Shown: positions 39,096 through 48,003, counted from the stretch's first letter. The stretch: 64,000 nucleotides of DNA from Chloroflexi bacterium OLB15 (GCA_001567085.1 LMZS01000062.1:10658-74657); one strand, 5' to 3'. Notes: generated by a model from the letters alone, not told the origin. Program-made: numbers and translations.

Positions 39096-40109
39096 GTGCC
39101 TGACGAACATGACCAGATGAACTATGCACAGGGGATAAACGCGTTTCAGGGCGCGCGTATGCGCGGTTTTTGGACGGAACTGCTTAATTTGGTGCGGGGA
39201 AAGCCCGCAGAACTCCTGAGTTTTGAAGATGTGCGCACGCGGCTGCGCCTGCGCGAAGAAGACTATAAAGGCTTGCAGGAAATACCGCTCGACAAAATTG
39301 TTGGCAGCGTGGGGCGCTACCGCGACTTTACCCGTAATTTTCAGCCGAAGCGGCAGGGCATGCAAGAGCGATGGAGCCGGATATACGCGCAGGCTAGCGG
39401 CATGACCGGCTTGCCGCCGATTGAGCTATATCAGGTGGGCGATGTGTACTTTGTGCGCGATGGCAACCACCGCGTTTCTGTAGCGCGCCAGATGGGTGCG
39501 CGCACAATTCAGGCGCACGTAACCGAACTGCCCACGTCTATTTGCCTGACGCCAGATATGACCTCTCGCGATCTGGATGAGGCGGCGGCATATGCTGCAT
39601 TTCTGGAGCAAACCGGGCTGGCGCATACGCGCCCGCATCACCAAGCCATCGAATTGAGTGAAGCTTCACGTTATGATGATCTGCTCGGTCATATTTACGT
39701 GCATCAGGCGGTCTTAAGCTCTCAGCGGGGCGAAGAAGTGCCGCTGGATGAGGCGGCAGCAGATTGGTACGACACGGTCTACCGCCCGGCTATCACCTTA
39801 ATTCGCAAGTACAATGTGCTGGCGAAAGACTCCCATCGCACAGAAGGCGATCTCTACCTGTGGATGATCGATCATCTGCGCGAAATGGTTGAGCAGTATG
39901 GCGAGGAGGCGACAACCCGCAGTTTTAGCGATGCGCTGGTTGATTATCTGGCGCATAAGCGCATCCCTGTGCCTAAAGAACTGCTGACAGAGAAGGATTC
40001 GACGGTAGAACTGGCGAAGGTGGATTTGCAGGATGCCTTGCAAGCCCGCTATGACCGTGAGCAGGCGGGGGGAACCGCGCTGGCGCGGCGTGAAGATATA
40101 CAGCCATAG
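39096..40109 (+). CDS. ParB/sulfiredoxin-superfamily domain protein (DGNHR motif), function unknown
   Basis: GGAGG 5 nt before GTG 39096; motif VYFVRDGNHRVSVARQMG resembles the ParB/Srx (DGQHR-like) core; helical C-terminal half. Confidence 0.6.
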   Translation: MPDEHDQMNYAQGINAFQGARMRGFWTELLNLVRGKPAELLSFEDVRTRLRLREEDYKGLQEIPLDKIVGSVGRYRDFTRNFQPKRQGMQERWSRIYAQASGMTGLPPIELYQVGDVYFVRDGNHRVSVARQMGARTIQAHVTELPTSICLTPDMTSRDLDEAAAYAAFLEQTGLAHTRPHHQAIELSEASRYDDLLGHIYVHQAVLSSQRGEEVPLDEAAADWYDTVYRPAITLIRKYNVLAKDSHRTEGDLYLWMIDHLREMVEQYGEEATTRSFSDALVDYLAHKRIPVPKELLTEKDSTVELAKVDLQDALQARYDREQAGGTALARREDIQP

Positions 40110-40127
40110 CTTTTAACATGGCACATT

Positions 40128-40167
40128 AAAACGGGCGCTTCGTTAAATTGAAGCGCCCGTTTTATTT
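40128..40167. terminator. bidirectional terminator between convergent genes
   Basis: AAAACGGGCGCTTC / GAAGCGCCCGTTTT 14-bp stem flanked by A and T runs. Confidence 0.8.
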
Positions 40168-40190
40168 CAGGATACGCGATACCGCCTGAT

Positions 40191-41084
40191 TTATTCCGGC
40201 TCTTGCGTGGCTTCCACAGTCGCTAGTATCGGCAGGGCGCTAAGCTGGCTGCCGTTAATCGTAAACAGCGGCGCGCTGCCCCAACCTTCAAGGCCATCAT
40301 AAGCCACATATAGCCACTGGTTGTCTGAAGTGCGACCAAGCGGCTGAACAGTTGTGTTGAAGGGGACGACTGTAATGATGGTCGAGTTCAGCGTAGGTTC
40401 AGTGCGGATACGGGCGTTGAAGCGGGTGGAGATGAGATCAGATGGCTCAACCAGCACATCCCCAACATCACCTTCGGTGAGAATGGGCAGGGTAGTCAGA
40501 TCGCCCGTGATGTTCACCGTGAAATAGGCGACCCAGCCTTCAATTGTGGCTGTTATTTCGCCTGCGCCTGCCGCCGGGGTAGCCGCGCTGTTTGAGCCTG
40601 ATGACGGCTCAAATACTATATAGAGCCAATCATTTGTGGGGCAGCAGCGGGCAATTGCCGGGGCTGTATCGCCAATATCCAGCTGCCCAACTACTTCCGC
40701 CGCGAAATCTGGCGCTGAACGCACGTTTACACGCCCATAAGTGGTGATCCATACCGCATCACCATTCTCTTCGGCGCTCTCGTCAATCACGGGTATAAGG
40801 CTTAAATCGCCTTCGTAAACCAGCGCGTAAACTGGCACCCAGCCGTTGATCCCATCTTCAGTAAGCACTAAGAGCCAGCGATCTGACGGGTCACGCCCGG
40901 TAATAATGACCTCTTCGTTTGCCGCAACCTGCCCGGCAATATCAAAGCGCGTGTCTGGGCCGCTGCGTAAATTCGTTGTCTGGTACGCCTGCGCGGGAAC
41001 ACCTTCTGCCGTTTCCTGTGCTGCGACAAGCGACGCGGCACTCAAAAGCAGCAAACAGCCACACAGGATGATCAATCTTCGCAT
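40191..41084 (-). CDS. secreted protein with bacterial SH3 repeats
   Basis: Signal peptide MRRLIILCGCLLLLSAASLVAAQ; repeated SH3b-like units (NLRSGPDTRFDIAGQV ... WLLV; VNVRSAPDFAAEVVGQL ... WLYIV; ARIRTEPTLNS ... WLYVAY). Confidence 0.7.
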   Translation of the reverse strand: MRRLIILCGCLLLLSAASLVAAQETAEGVPAQAYQTTNLRSGPDTRFDIAGQVAANEEVIITGRDPSDRWLLVLTEDGINGWVPVYALVYEGDLSLIPVIDESAEENGDAVWITTYGRVNVRSAPDFAAEVVGQLDIGDTAPAIARCCPTNDWLYIVFEPSSGSNSAATPAAGAGEITATIEGWVAYFTVNITGDLTTLPILTEGDVGDVLVEPSDLISTRFNARIRTEPTLNSTIITVVPFNTTVQPLGRTSDNQWLYVAYDGLEGWGSAPLFTINGSQLSALPILATVEATQEPE

Positions 41085-41163
41085 GGTGAATCCTGAATAT
41101 TTCACCGGTAGAGAAGGTCATTATAGCAGAATCCAACAAGAGGGTTTGGTGATAGGCAGATGG

Positions 41164-41997
41164 CTAATATGGCCCGTAGGCGGTGCCGTCATCTGGCGTG
41201 CCAACCAGCACAAAGACCTGCCCGGAACTGCTGTCTAGCAGCAGCGAGCCGCCTTCAAACTGCTGAATTGAGAGGGATGCGGCGGTTTCATCGGTGCGGG
41301 CAAATCCAAGCGCCTCGCGCACGCCATCCACCGCCCGCCAGACCGCGCCGAAACCGAGGCGGGGCATACGCAAACCGTCCGGCGGGGCAACTTCCCATGT
41401 TTGTTCCGGCGGCGCTTGCGGCACATGCCAGTACGGGCCGCCCGCAGAGCCGCTTGCCACGATAGCCCAGATATCGCCAGAAGGGACGAAATACATCACG
41501 CCGCGCTCGAATAGCTGGCTGCTGCCAACTTCGGCGCGCAGTTGGGCTACCGGGCAGCGCAGCGCTTCAACGGCGGCGGTATTGGCTGCCCAGCTTGTGC
41601 CAAATACCGGATCGGTAGGAATAGTACAGGGCGTAAGGGTGGTTGTGGCATCGGCGCTTAAGGTTGGCGAAAGCGCGGCTAACGTGCCTTGAAAGCGGGC
41701 TGCATCCACGATAGATACGCCCTCTTCCTGCTCTGCGCCTAAGAATACGCCGATATAAATGGTTGGCGAAGGAACTTGCGTCGGCTCGCGTAAATTAACG
41801 GTTGGCCGGGCTGCGATCTGGGTGGCGCGGCGTTCTTCCTCACCGGGCGTAGGCGAGGTATACACCGTTGCCAGATGGCGCACGATCTGCGGCGAGGTAG
41901 CGCTTGGTTCGCTGGCCGTTTGCGTGCTGGCGCTGTCGCAGGCGGCGAGGCTGAACAGGCCGACGCACAGTATCGCTGCCAACCTGCGGGCAATCAC
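41164..41997 (-). CDS. hypothetical lipoprotein
   Basis: Lipobox LFSLAACDS; GTG start overlaps the stop of the upstream small ORF (GTGA). Confidence 0.65.
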   Translation of the reverse strand: MIARRLAAILCVGLFSLAACDSASTQTASEPSATSPQIVRHLATVYTSPTPGEEERRATQIAARPTVNLREPTQVPSPTIYIGVFLGAEQEEGVSIVDAARFQGTLAALSPTLSADATTTLTPCTIPTDPVFGTSWAANTAAVEALRCPVAQLRAEVGSSQLFERGVMYFVPSGDIWAIVASGSAGGPYWHVPQAPPEQTWEVAPPDGLRMPRLGFGAVWRAVDGVREALGFARTDETAASLSIQQFEGGSLLLDSSSGQVFVLVGTPDDGTAYGPY

Positions 41998-42233
41998 GCC
42001 AATGCATCCCCTGCTTCGGCAATCAAATCCAGCACTTCCTGAAATTCTTCGCGGAAGAAATGCAGGGTTACCGCGCCTAATTCCAGATGGTACACCGTTT
42101 CACCATCCGGCTCGTGCGAAAGCCACGCGATGTAGTTTTCAGTTTCAGCGATGGTTTCCACTTCGACTTCATCACCGCCAGGCTGGGGAGCGTTCTTGTT
42201 ATTCTTGCGCCGATCATTCATAAAGGTTGCCAC
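41994..42233 (-). CDS. small acidic hypothetical protein (79 aa)
   Basis: ATG ORF translationally coupled (GTGA overlap) to the downstream lipoprotein gene. Confidence 0.55.
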   Translation of the reverse strand: MATFMNDRRKNNKNAPQPGGDEVEVETIAETENYIAWLSHEPDGETVYHLELGAVTLHFFREEFQEVLDLIAEAGDALA

Positions 42234-42295
42234 TTTCTAGCAGGCATTATCGAAAAGCGAACTGCGCTGATTATACTCCGCTGCGGTTGTTAATT

Positions 42296-42697
42296 TCAGG
42301 GGATCGGCGGTTGATTCAGGCGGCTGTCCTGTTCACGCAAAAATTCGAGCGCAGACGGCATATCCGTAAACAGGCGGAACTTACCCCGCATAATCTCAAA
42401 GTGGGTGAACAGGGCTGTGATGATACGCATCAACACGTTATCAGGCGTGACCACCAGCACCCAGCCCACACGATCCGGCGCAGGATGTTCGGGCAGCCTT
42501 TCGCTCATCTGTTTGGCGTTCATTGGAAATGTTTTTGCTTTTCGGGCATCTACCAGAATATGCACCGGGGGATCGCCGAGAATACTCATTGCATGCCCGT
42601 TGTATGAGGCTTCAACCAGATCGTCGATCGTAATAAATTCCTGAAACTGCATAAAAATAACGTGGTTCTCATCGAACCAGTCTATATTGACAGCCAA
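42296..42697 (-). CDS. hypothetical protein (possible SpoIIAA/STAS-like fold, weak)
   Basis: Track ORF runs to 42817 but that would overlap the divergent PD40 gene; internal TTG 42697 preceded by AAGGG is an alternative start. Confidence 0.5.
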   Translation of the reverse strand: MAVNIDWFDENHVIFMQFQEFITIDDLVEASYNGHAMSILGDPPVHILVDARKAKTFPMNAKQMSERLPEHPAPDRVGWVLVVTPDNVLMRIITALFTHFEIMRGKFRLFTDMPSALEFLREQDSRLNQPPIP

Positions 42698-42785
42698 AAC
42701 CCTACCCTTCAGAGTTCGTAGATTGCCATCAAAATGATAGTCTATTCTATGAAAAACTCGCAATAGAGGGAATCTATTGGTCAGG

Positions 42786-43799
42786 ATGACCGGACTGCTA
42801 TTTGCGGCATTTGTCATTCTAAGCGCGGCGCTGGTGTTCCTTAGCCGTCTTAGCAGCCCGCGCTGGCTGGTTTATGCTGCTGATCGCGATAATGGCATCG
42901 CCGATATTTTTATATTGGACACTGCGCGGCGTATGATGATCAATCTCACTGAGACGCCAGAAACAGGCGAAGATACGCCATCCGTTTCAGCCGATGGCAC
43001 ACAAATCGCGTTTTCACGAACGATTCCGGGGGCTATGCAGATTTGCGTGCAGACGCTGGGCGCTGGCGAACGCTGCTTTGAGCCAGCCGGGCGCTGGGAC
43101 AGCGATCCGCATTGGTCGCCGGATGGAGCGCAGATTGTTTTTACCACGCCGGGGCAAACGAATCTTGCTGAACTGGTGCTGCTGAAGCCGGAAAGCGGCG
43201 AAGAAATCCGGCTCGCTGTAGGGCAGGATAACACGACTAACCCTGACTGGTCGCCAGATGGCGAGCGTATCGTCGCCGTCAACGCCAGCCCGCTGGGCAG
43301 CCATATCATCGTGATCCAGGTGCTGGATGGGCAGATCACGCATTTGAATGAAGGCGTTTCCGGGCAGCATGTTTTTCCTGTATGGTCGCCAGATGGCCGC
43401 CAGATTGCCTATCTGCATGATGGTTTCAGGCTTGCCTTGATGAACGCGGATGGAACGGGCACACGGTTTCTGACGGGCGAAGATGAACACGCCTATTTCC
43501 CTTCGTGGTCGCCGGATGGCCGCCAGATCGTTTTTCAAGCGAATCCCGGCGGGACTGATTGGGAACTGTATATCTTCGATCTGGCGAGCGGCGACGTTCG
43601 CGCGATAACCGATAATCGGGCGCTGGATGAACGCCCAGCATGGTCGCCAGATGGGCGACAGATCGCATTTCGCAGCGATAGGAACGGGGACATCAACCTG
43701 TATCTTTACGATGTAGCCGCCGGAACGACGCGCCAGGTTACCGATGGCCTGTGGTTTTACCATCCCCCCGTGTGGCCGGGGCAGGGATCGCACTATTGA
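42786..43799 (+). CDS. PD40 (TolB-like WD40-like) beta-propeller repeat protein, membrane anchored
   Basis: N-terminal TM LLFAAFVILSAALVFL; at least six repeats of the WSPDG(R/A)QI(A/V)F type. Confidence 0.85.
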   Translation: MTGLLFAAFVILSAALVFLSRLSSPRWLVYAADRDNGIADIFILDTARRMMINLTETPETGEDTPSVSADGTQIAFSRTIPGAMQICVQTLGAGERCFEPAGRWDSDPHWSPDGAQIVFTTPGQTNLAELVLLKPESGEEIRLAVGQDNTTNPDWSPDGERIVAVNASPLGSHIIVIQVLDGQITHLNEGVSGQHVFPVWSPDGRQIAYLHDGFRLALMNADGTGTRFLTGEDEHAYFPSWSPDGRQIVFQANPGGTDWELYIFDLASGDVRAITDNRALDERPAWSPDGRQIAFRSDRNGDINLYLYDVAAGTTRQVTDGLWFYHPPVWPGQGSHY

Positions 43800-43865
43800 A
43801 CTTCCCCAACAGCGTTGGGTATACAATCGTAACTGAACAGCGATGATATTGACGGTCAAAGGCGT

Positions 43866-44681
43866 ATGCTTGCGCGGCTTATCATGGTGTTTCCAATTGT
43901 AGGCCTGGTCAGCCTGATTTTTATCAGCGTGACTAAGGCTGCGGGAAGCCTGCTGCCGCGCCAGCAGCTTACATTCCTCAGTTATCATCAGGTGAACCCC
44001 GATATTTTTCTAAGCGACATCAACAGCGGCATCACCCGAAACCTGACCAATAACCCGGCTTATGATGGCGCGTATGCGTGGTCAAACGATGGCAGTTGGC
44101 TGGCCTTCATTAGTGATCGGGCTGGTGGCCTGAGCCTGTTTGTGATGAACTCTACAGGCGGCGAGGTGCGGCAGTTAACGCCAGCAGGCGATAACCGGGG
44201 CTATGGCGGCATTCGCTGGACAAATGATGGGCGTATCGTGTTCTTCTCGCGAACTGATCCCAATAACTGGTTTGCTGTTTACCCTGATGGCAGCGGCTTT
44301 GAGCAAATTGCCAGCAACGAAACGCCCATCACAGGCATTGCGCTTGACCTTGACCTGCAAGCAGACAGCAGCTATTGGCCGCGCTCGCCGGATAATACCC
44401 GCATCGCTTATGCCAGCTATGTTCCTGAAGAGAGCGAGTGGGGGGTATTTTTAACATCCAACGAGGCGCGTACTGATAGCGAACTGCTGGTGCTAACCGG
44501 GCGCGAAGGGGTGGAAAGTATTACCTGGTCGCCAGACAGCACTTACGTTGCATATGTTGGCACGCATGACCGAATTTCAGATGTTTATATCGTCCCCGCC
44601 AGGCCCGGAAACCCTGCCCGCCGTTTGACAGCGACACGGGCGATTGAAGCCGCTGCCCAATGGCGACCGCTTGCCAGCTAG
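43866..44681 (+). CDS. PD40-like beta-propeller repeat protein, membrane anchored
   Basis: N-terminal TM; degenerate PD40 units (WSNDGSWLAFISDRAG, WTNDGRIVF, RSPDNTRIAY, WSPDSTYVAY). Confidence 0.75.
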   Translation: MLARLIMVFPIVGLVSLIFISVTKAAGSLLPRQQLTFLSYHQVNPDIFLSDINSGITRNLTNNPAYDGAYAWSNDGSWLAFISDRAGGLSLFVMNSTGGEVRQLTPAGDNRGYGGIRWTNDGRIVFFSRTDPNNWFAVYPDGSGFEQIASNETPITGIALDLDLQADSSYWPRSPDNTRIAYASYVPEESEWGVFLTSNEARTDSELLVLTGREGVESITWSPDSTYVAYVGTHDRISDVYIVPARPGNPARRLTATRAIEAAAQWRPLAS

Positions 44682-44832
44682 TCGGGCGTTAGCCTCTTAA
44701 CTTAACTGGCCTATGCGCCCCCGTCGAAGCGAGATTTAAGACCATTCTTTCAACCTGCTCATGTCATCATGATGGAGACTGTGCTAGGATTCGCGCATCT
44801 TGTTCGCTTGTGCGAATCGATCCTCAATTCTC

Positions 44833-46329
44833 ATGAAACCGAATGTTATCCTGATCATTCTCGATACTATGCGCCGTGACCGGCTTTCGGCATACGGCCA
44901 TGATCGCGAAACTTCACCTGCTTTTGATGGGCTGGCTGGAGAAGGCACGCGCTACACCCGCGCGATTGCCCCCGCCCAATGGACGATTCCGGCACATGGC
45001 TCGCTCTTTACCGGCCTGATGCCTTCCGACCATCACGTTACGCAATCCAACAGCCGCTTGAGCGCAAACGTACCCACACTGGCTGAACGCCTGCAAACAG
45101 CGGGCTATCACACGCTGTCCTTTTGCAATAACCCGTTGGTGGGCGTGGTGAATCATGGCCTACAGCGCGGCTTTGATGAGTTTTATAACTATGCCAGCGC
45201 TGTGCCTCATCGCCCCGGCGATGCCCGCAAGCCCTGGCTGCGGCGCGAGTTTTCGCAGCGCTTTCGGCCAACCGCCCGCAAACTTGGCAATTTGTTCGCG
45301 CAGTCAGACACGCTGTTCCGGCTTGCACTGAACCCGACGATTGTGCCGATCTGGACGCGCTACATCAATTTCAAGGGGCATACCGCCAATTCGATCAGCG
45401 ATTTTATCGAATACTGGGATGCCTATCAGGCTGGCGGCGCGGAAAAGCCGGTGTTCGCATTTTTGAACCTTATGGGCGCGCATACGCCCTACGTGCCGCC
45501 GCAAGATGCGCTGGATCATATTGCGCCGGAACTGCGCCGCGACAAACGGGCATTTGAATTTGTGCGCCGTTTTAACGCTGATGCCGCCGCATGGGAAAGC
45601 CCGCCAGAGCCGCCGCTGACCGACTGGCAGCAGCAGGCATTACTAGACTTTTACGATGCCGAAATCTTCGCGCAGGATCAGGAATTGGCGCGGCTATTCG
45701 CGCACTTGAAAGCTGCTGGCGCGATGGAAAACACCACCGTGATTGTGGCGGCAGATCACGGCGAATCGCATGGCGATCACGATTTGTTCGGGCATGGCTT
45801 CGGCGTGCATCAGGAATTGACGCATGTGCCAATGGTGATTGCTGGCGAACGTTTTGGGCGCGGCGCAGATAACGACCAGAATATCTCCACCCGCTGGCTG
45901 TATCAGACTATTCTTGATCTGGCGGATGCAGAGCAGCGAGCGGACGAAGCTCCCTTTGCTGCATATTCGCTGGCGAGCCAAACGGATGAACAGCCGATCA
46001 CCTCTGAAGCCTTTGCCGTGAACACTTTTCTGAATGTGCTGGAGCATCGCAATCCATCGGTGATTGAGCGCATGGCGCTGCGGGAGATGCGCCGCTGCGT
46101 GGTGGAAGGCGATTACAAGCTGATGCTGCGCGGCGACCAGCCGGTTGCCCTGTACAATATCGCGCTTGATCCCGCTGAAACGCGCAACCTGATTAAGACA
46201 GAGCCTGCGCGCGCCGCTGAACTACAGCGCGCTGCGGGGCTGGTGGCGCTGGATGCGGAAGCTGGCGAAACTGCTGAACAGGATGAGAAGGTGCTGGAAC
46301 ACCTGCGGGTGCTGGGGTACATTGATTGA
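44833..46329 (+). CDS. alkaline-phosphatase-superfamily (sulfatase-fold) enzyme with Thr at the nucleophile position
   Basis: Metal-site blocks ILIILDTMRRD and ADHGESHGDH; nucleophile segment reads QWTIPAHGSLFTG (T-x-P-x-H) rather than C/S-x-P-x-R. Confidence 0.85.
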   Translation: MKPNVILIILDTMRRDRLSAYGHDRETSPAFDGLAGEGTRYTRAIAPAQWTIPAHGSLFTGLMPSDHHVTQSNSRLSANVPTLAERLQTAGYHTLSFCNNPLVGVVNHGLQRGFDEFYNYASAVPHRPGDARKPWLRREFSQRFRPTARKLGNLFAQSDTLFRLALNPTIVPIWTRYINFKGHTANSISDFIEYWDAYQAGGAEKPVFAFLNLMGAHTPYVPPQDALDHIAPELRRDKRAFEFVRRFNADAAAWESPPEPPLTDWQQQALLDFYDAEIFAQDQELARLFAHLKAAGAMENTTVIVAADHGESHGDHDLFGHGFGVHQELTHVPMVIAGERFGRGADNDQNISTRWLYQTILDLADAEQRADEAPFAAYSLASQTDEQPITSEAFAVNTFLNVLEHRNPSVIERMALREMRRCVVEGDYKLMLRGDQPVALYNIALDPAETRNLIKTEPARAAELQRAAGLVALDAEAGETAEQDEKVLEHLRVLGYID

Positions 46330-46408
46330 GCAGCCTTAGAAACCCTCATTCCTACCTTGCAGGGCAGGGGATGACCATAAATCAACAAATATTGGGGCGC
46401 GGTTTATT

Positions 46409-46891
46409 TTGCGCTATTTGACCCTCTCAGAACTGATCTATATCAACGGCGCGGTGCTGGATAATGACCAGATCATGACCGGCAAGCAGAAGGTGCGCGA
46501 TATTGACCTGCTGGAAGCGGCGGTATACCGCCCCGCCGCCAGCGCGTTTGGCGAAGACGCTTACCCCACCTTACGCGAAAAGACCGCCGCGCTGCTGCAT
46601 TCATTGGCGCGAAACCACCCGTTTACCGATGGCAACAAGCGCACCGCCGCAGTAGCGACTGTGTTCATGTTTGAGGTGAACGGCCAGCGCGTAGCGTGGA
46701 ATCAGGCTGAAGCGCTGAACACCTTTATCGCTGCTGCTGAAAATCGGCTGGATGTACCGGCATTGGCGGCATGGTTTCCGCTGGAAGAATGCCCACAATC
46801 GCCAGAGCCAGATGAAGCGCGCGATGTAGCGGCCATTCGGCGGATTCTGGTTGAGCAGAAATGGCTGTTGGATGAGCTTCAACGTAGATGA
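46409..46891 (+). CDS. Fic/Doc family protein (death-on-curing-like) 1
   Basis: Fic motif HPFTDGNKRTA; Doc-like length plus a roughly 30 aa C-terminal helical extension; TTG start. Confidence 0.85.
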   Translation: MRYLTLSELIYINGAVLDNDQIMTGKQKVRDIDLLEAAVYRPAASAFGEDAYPTLREKTAALLHSLARNHPFTDGNKRTAAVATVFMFEVNGQRVAWNQAEALNTFIAAAENRLDVPALAAWFPLEECPQSPEPDEARDVAAIRRILVEQKWLLDELQRR

Positions 46892-47270
46892 TCCCGCGCC
46901 GATCACGGCTTATGATCTGATTGACATCAACAACGAAGTGACCAGCGGCGAGGGCTACATTCGGGATATTCATCTGCTGAATTCGGCAGTACGCCGCCCG
47001 TATATCGTGCTGTTTGGCGTTCCCCAATTTCCCACACCGGTAGATAAAGCCGCCGCGCTGCTGCATTCACTGGCGTATCATCACCTGTTTATAGACGGCA
47101 ACAAGCGCACCGCCGTTCGCGCGGCACAGCTTTCGCTGGAACGACACGGCTACCGGTGGGAGTATGATCCGGCGCGAGATGCCGATTTTGTGCTGGAAAT
47201 TGCACAGGGCAAGCGCGAGGTTGAAGCCGTCAGCGCATGGCTGGCGGAACGGGTATCCGCTCAACCCTGA
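46872..47270 (+). CDS. Fic/Doc family protein (death-on-curing-like) 2
   Basis: Fic motif HLFIDGNKRTA; paralogous to the upstream gene; ATG 46872 overlaps the upstream gene end by 20 nt (TTG 46851 alternative). Confidence 0.8.
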   Translation: MSFNVDDPAPITAYDLIDINNEVTSGEGYIRDIHLLNSAVRRPYIVLFGVPQFPTPVDKAAALLHSLAYHHLFIDGNKRTAVRAAQLSLERHGYRWEYDPARDADFVLEIAQGKREVEAVSAWLAERVSAQP

Positions 47271-47271
47271 T

Positions 47272-48003
47272 TTATATATCCTGACTCTGCGGCAGCATCA
47301 CCAGATCGCGTATGGTGACGTGCGGCGGTTGAGAGAGCATAAAAGCCACCGCCTGAGCCACATCTTCGGAACGTATGAAGCGGCGCTCTTTTACCGAAAG
47401 CCGTTCAATTTCGGCGGGATCGCTGTATCCCCACAGCTCATTGGCAACCGCTCCCGGCGCAATCGCCCCCACGCGAATACCATCCTTCGCCACCTGACGG
47501 CGCAAAGTGTGTACGAAGCCCTGAACAGCATGCTTGGAGGCGCTGTATATCGGCTCCCAATGAATATCAACGAATCCGGAAATGGAGCTTGATACCAGAA
47601 TATCGCCCGACTGCTGCGCTTTCATGTGCGGTAAAACGGCATGAACGCAGCGGAGTACCGCATCTACGTTCACATTCATGAGCGTCGTCCATGCGTCCGG
47701 ATCGCCATCTTCTACCCGTCCGGGAATGTAAATACCAGCATTGGCGAACATCACATCAATGCGCCCGAACGCCTCAATCGTCTCGTTGACCAGATTGATG
47801 ATGCTGCTTGCAACGGTAATATCGGCGGGAATCACCAATGTTTCCGTATTCAGACTGTTTGCCAGCGCCTGTAACTTGTCTGCCGAGCGCGCAGTTAAGG
47901 TCAGCTTGCAGCCATATTCAGCTAACAGCCTTGCGGTTGCCGCGCCAATTCCTGAGCTTGCGCCGGTAATAATGACCACTTTTCCAGCAAGTGTATTTTC
48001 CAT
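47272..48003 (-). CDS. SDR family oxidoreductase
   Basis: TGASSGIG, NAG, catalytic YSASK. Confidence 0.9.
   Translation of the reverse strand: MENTLAGKVVIITGASSGIGAATARLLAEYGCKLTLTARSADKLQALANSLNTETLVIPADITVASSIINLVNETIEAFGRIDVMFANAGIYIPGRVEDGDPDAWTTLMNVNVDAVLRCVHAVLPHMKAQQSGDILVSSSISGFVDIHWEPIYSASKHAVQGFVHTLRRQVAKDGIRVGAIAPGAVANELWGYSDPAEIERLSVKERRFIRSEDVAQAVAFMLSQPPHVTIRDLVMLPQSQDI

Noticed and set aside
43014-43988. 324-aa minus-strand ORF across the PD40 genes
   Set aside because: Antisense shadow of the repeat-rich PD40 gene, with Arg/Ile/Pro-rich nonsense composition and no motifs.
42786-44681. Calling the PD40 genes tolB / a Tol-Pal system
   Set aside because: No tolQRA or pal neighbours are present, and the proteins have TM anchors instead of signal peptides. 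Only the repeat type is shared.
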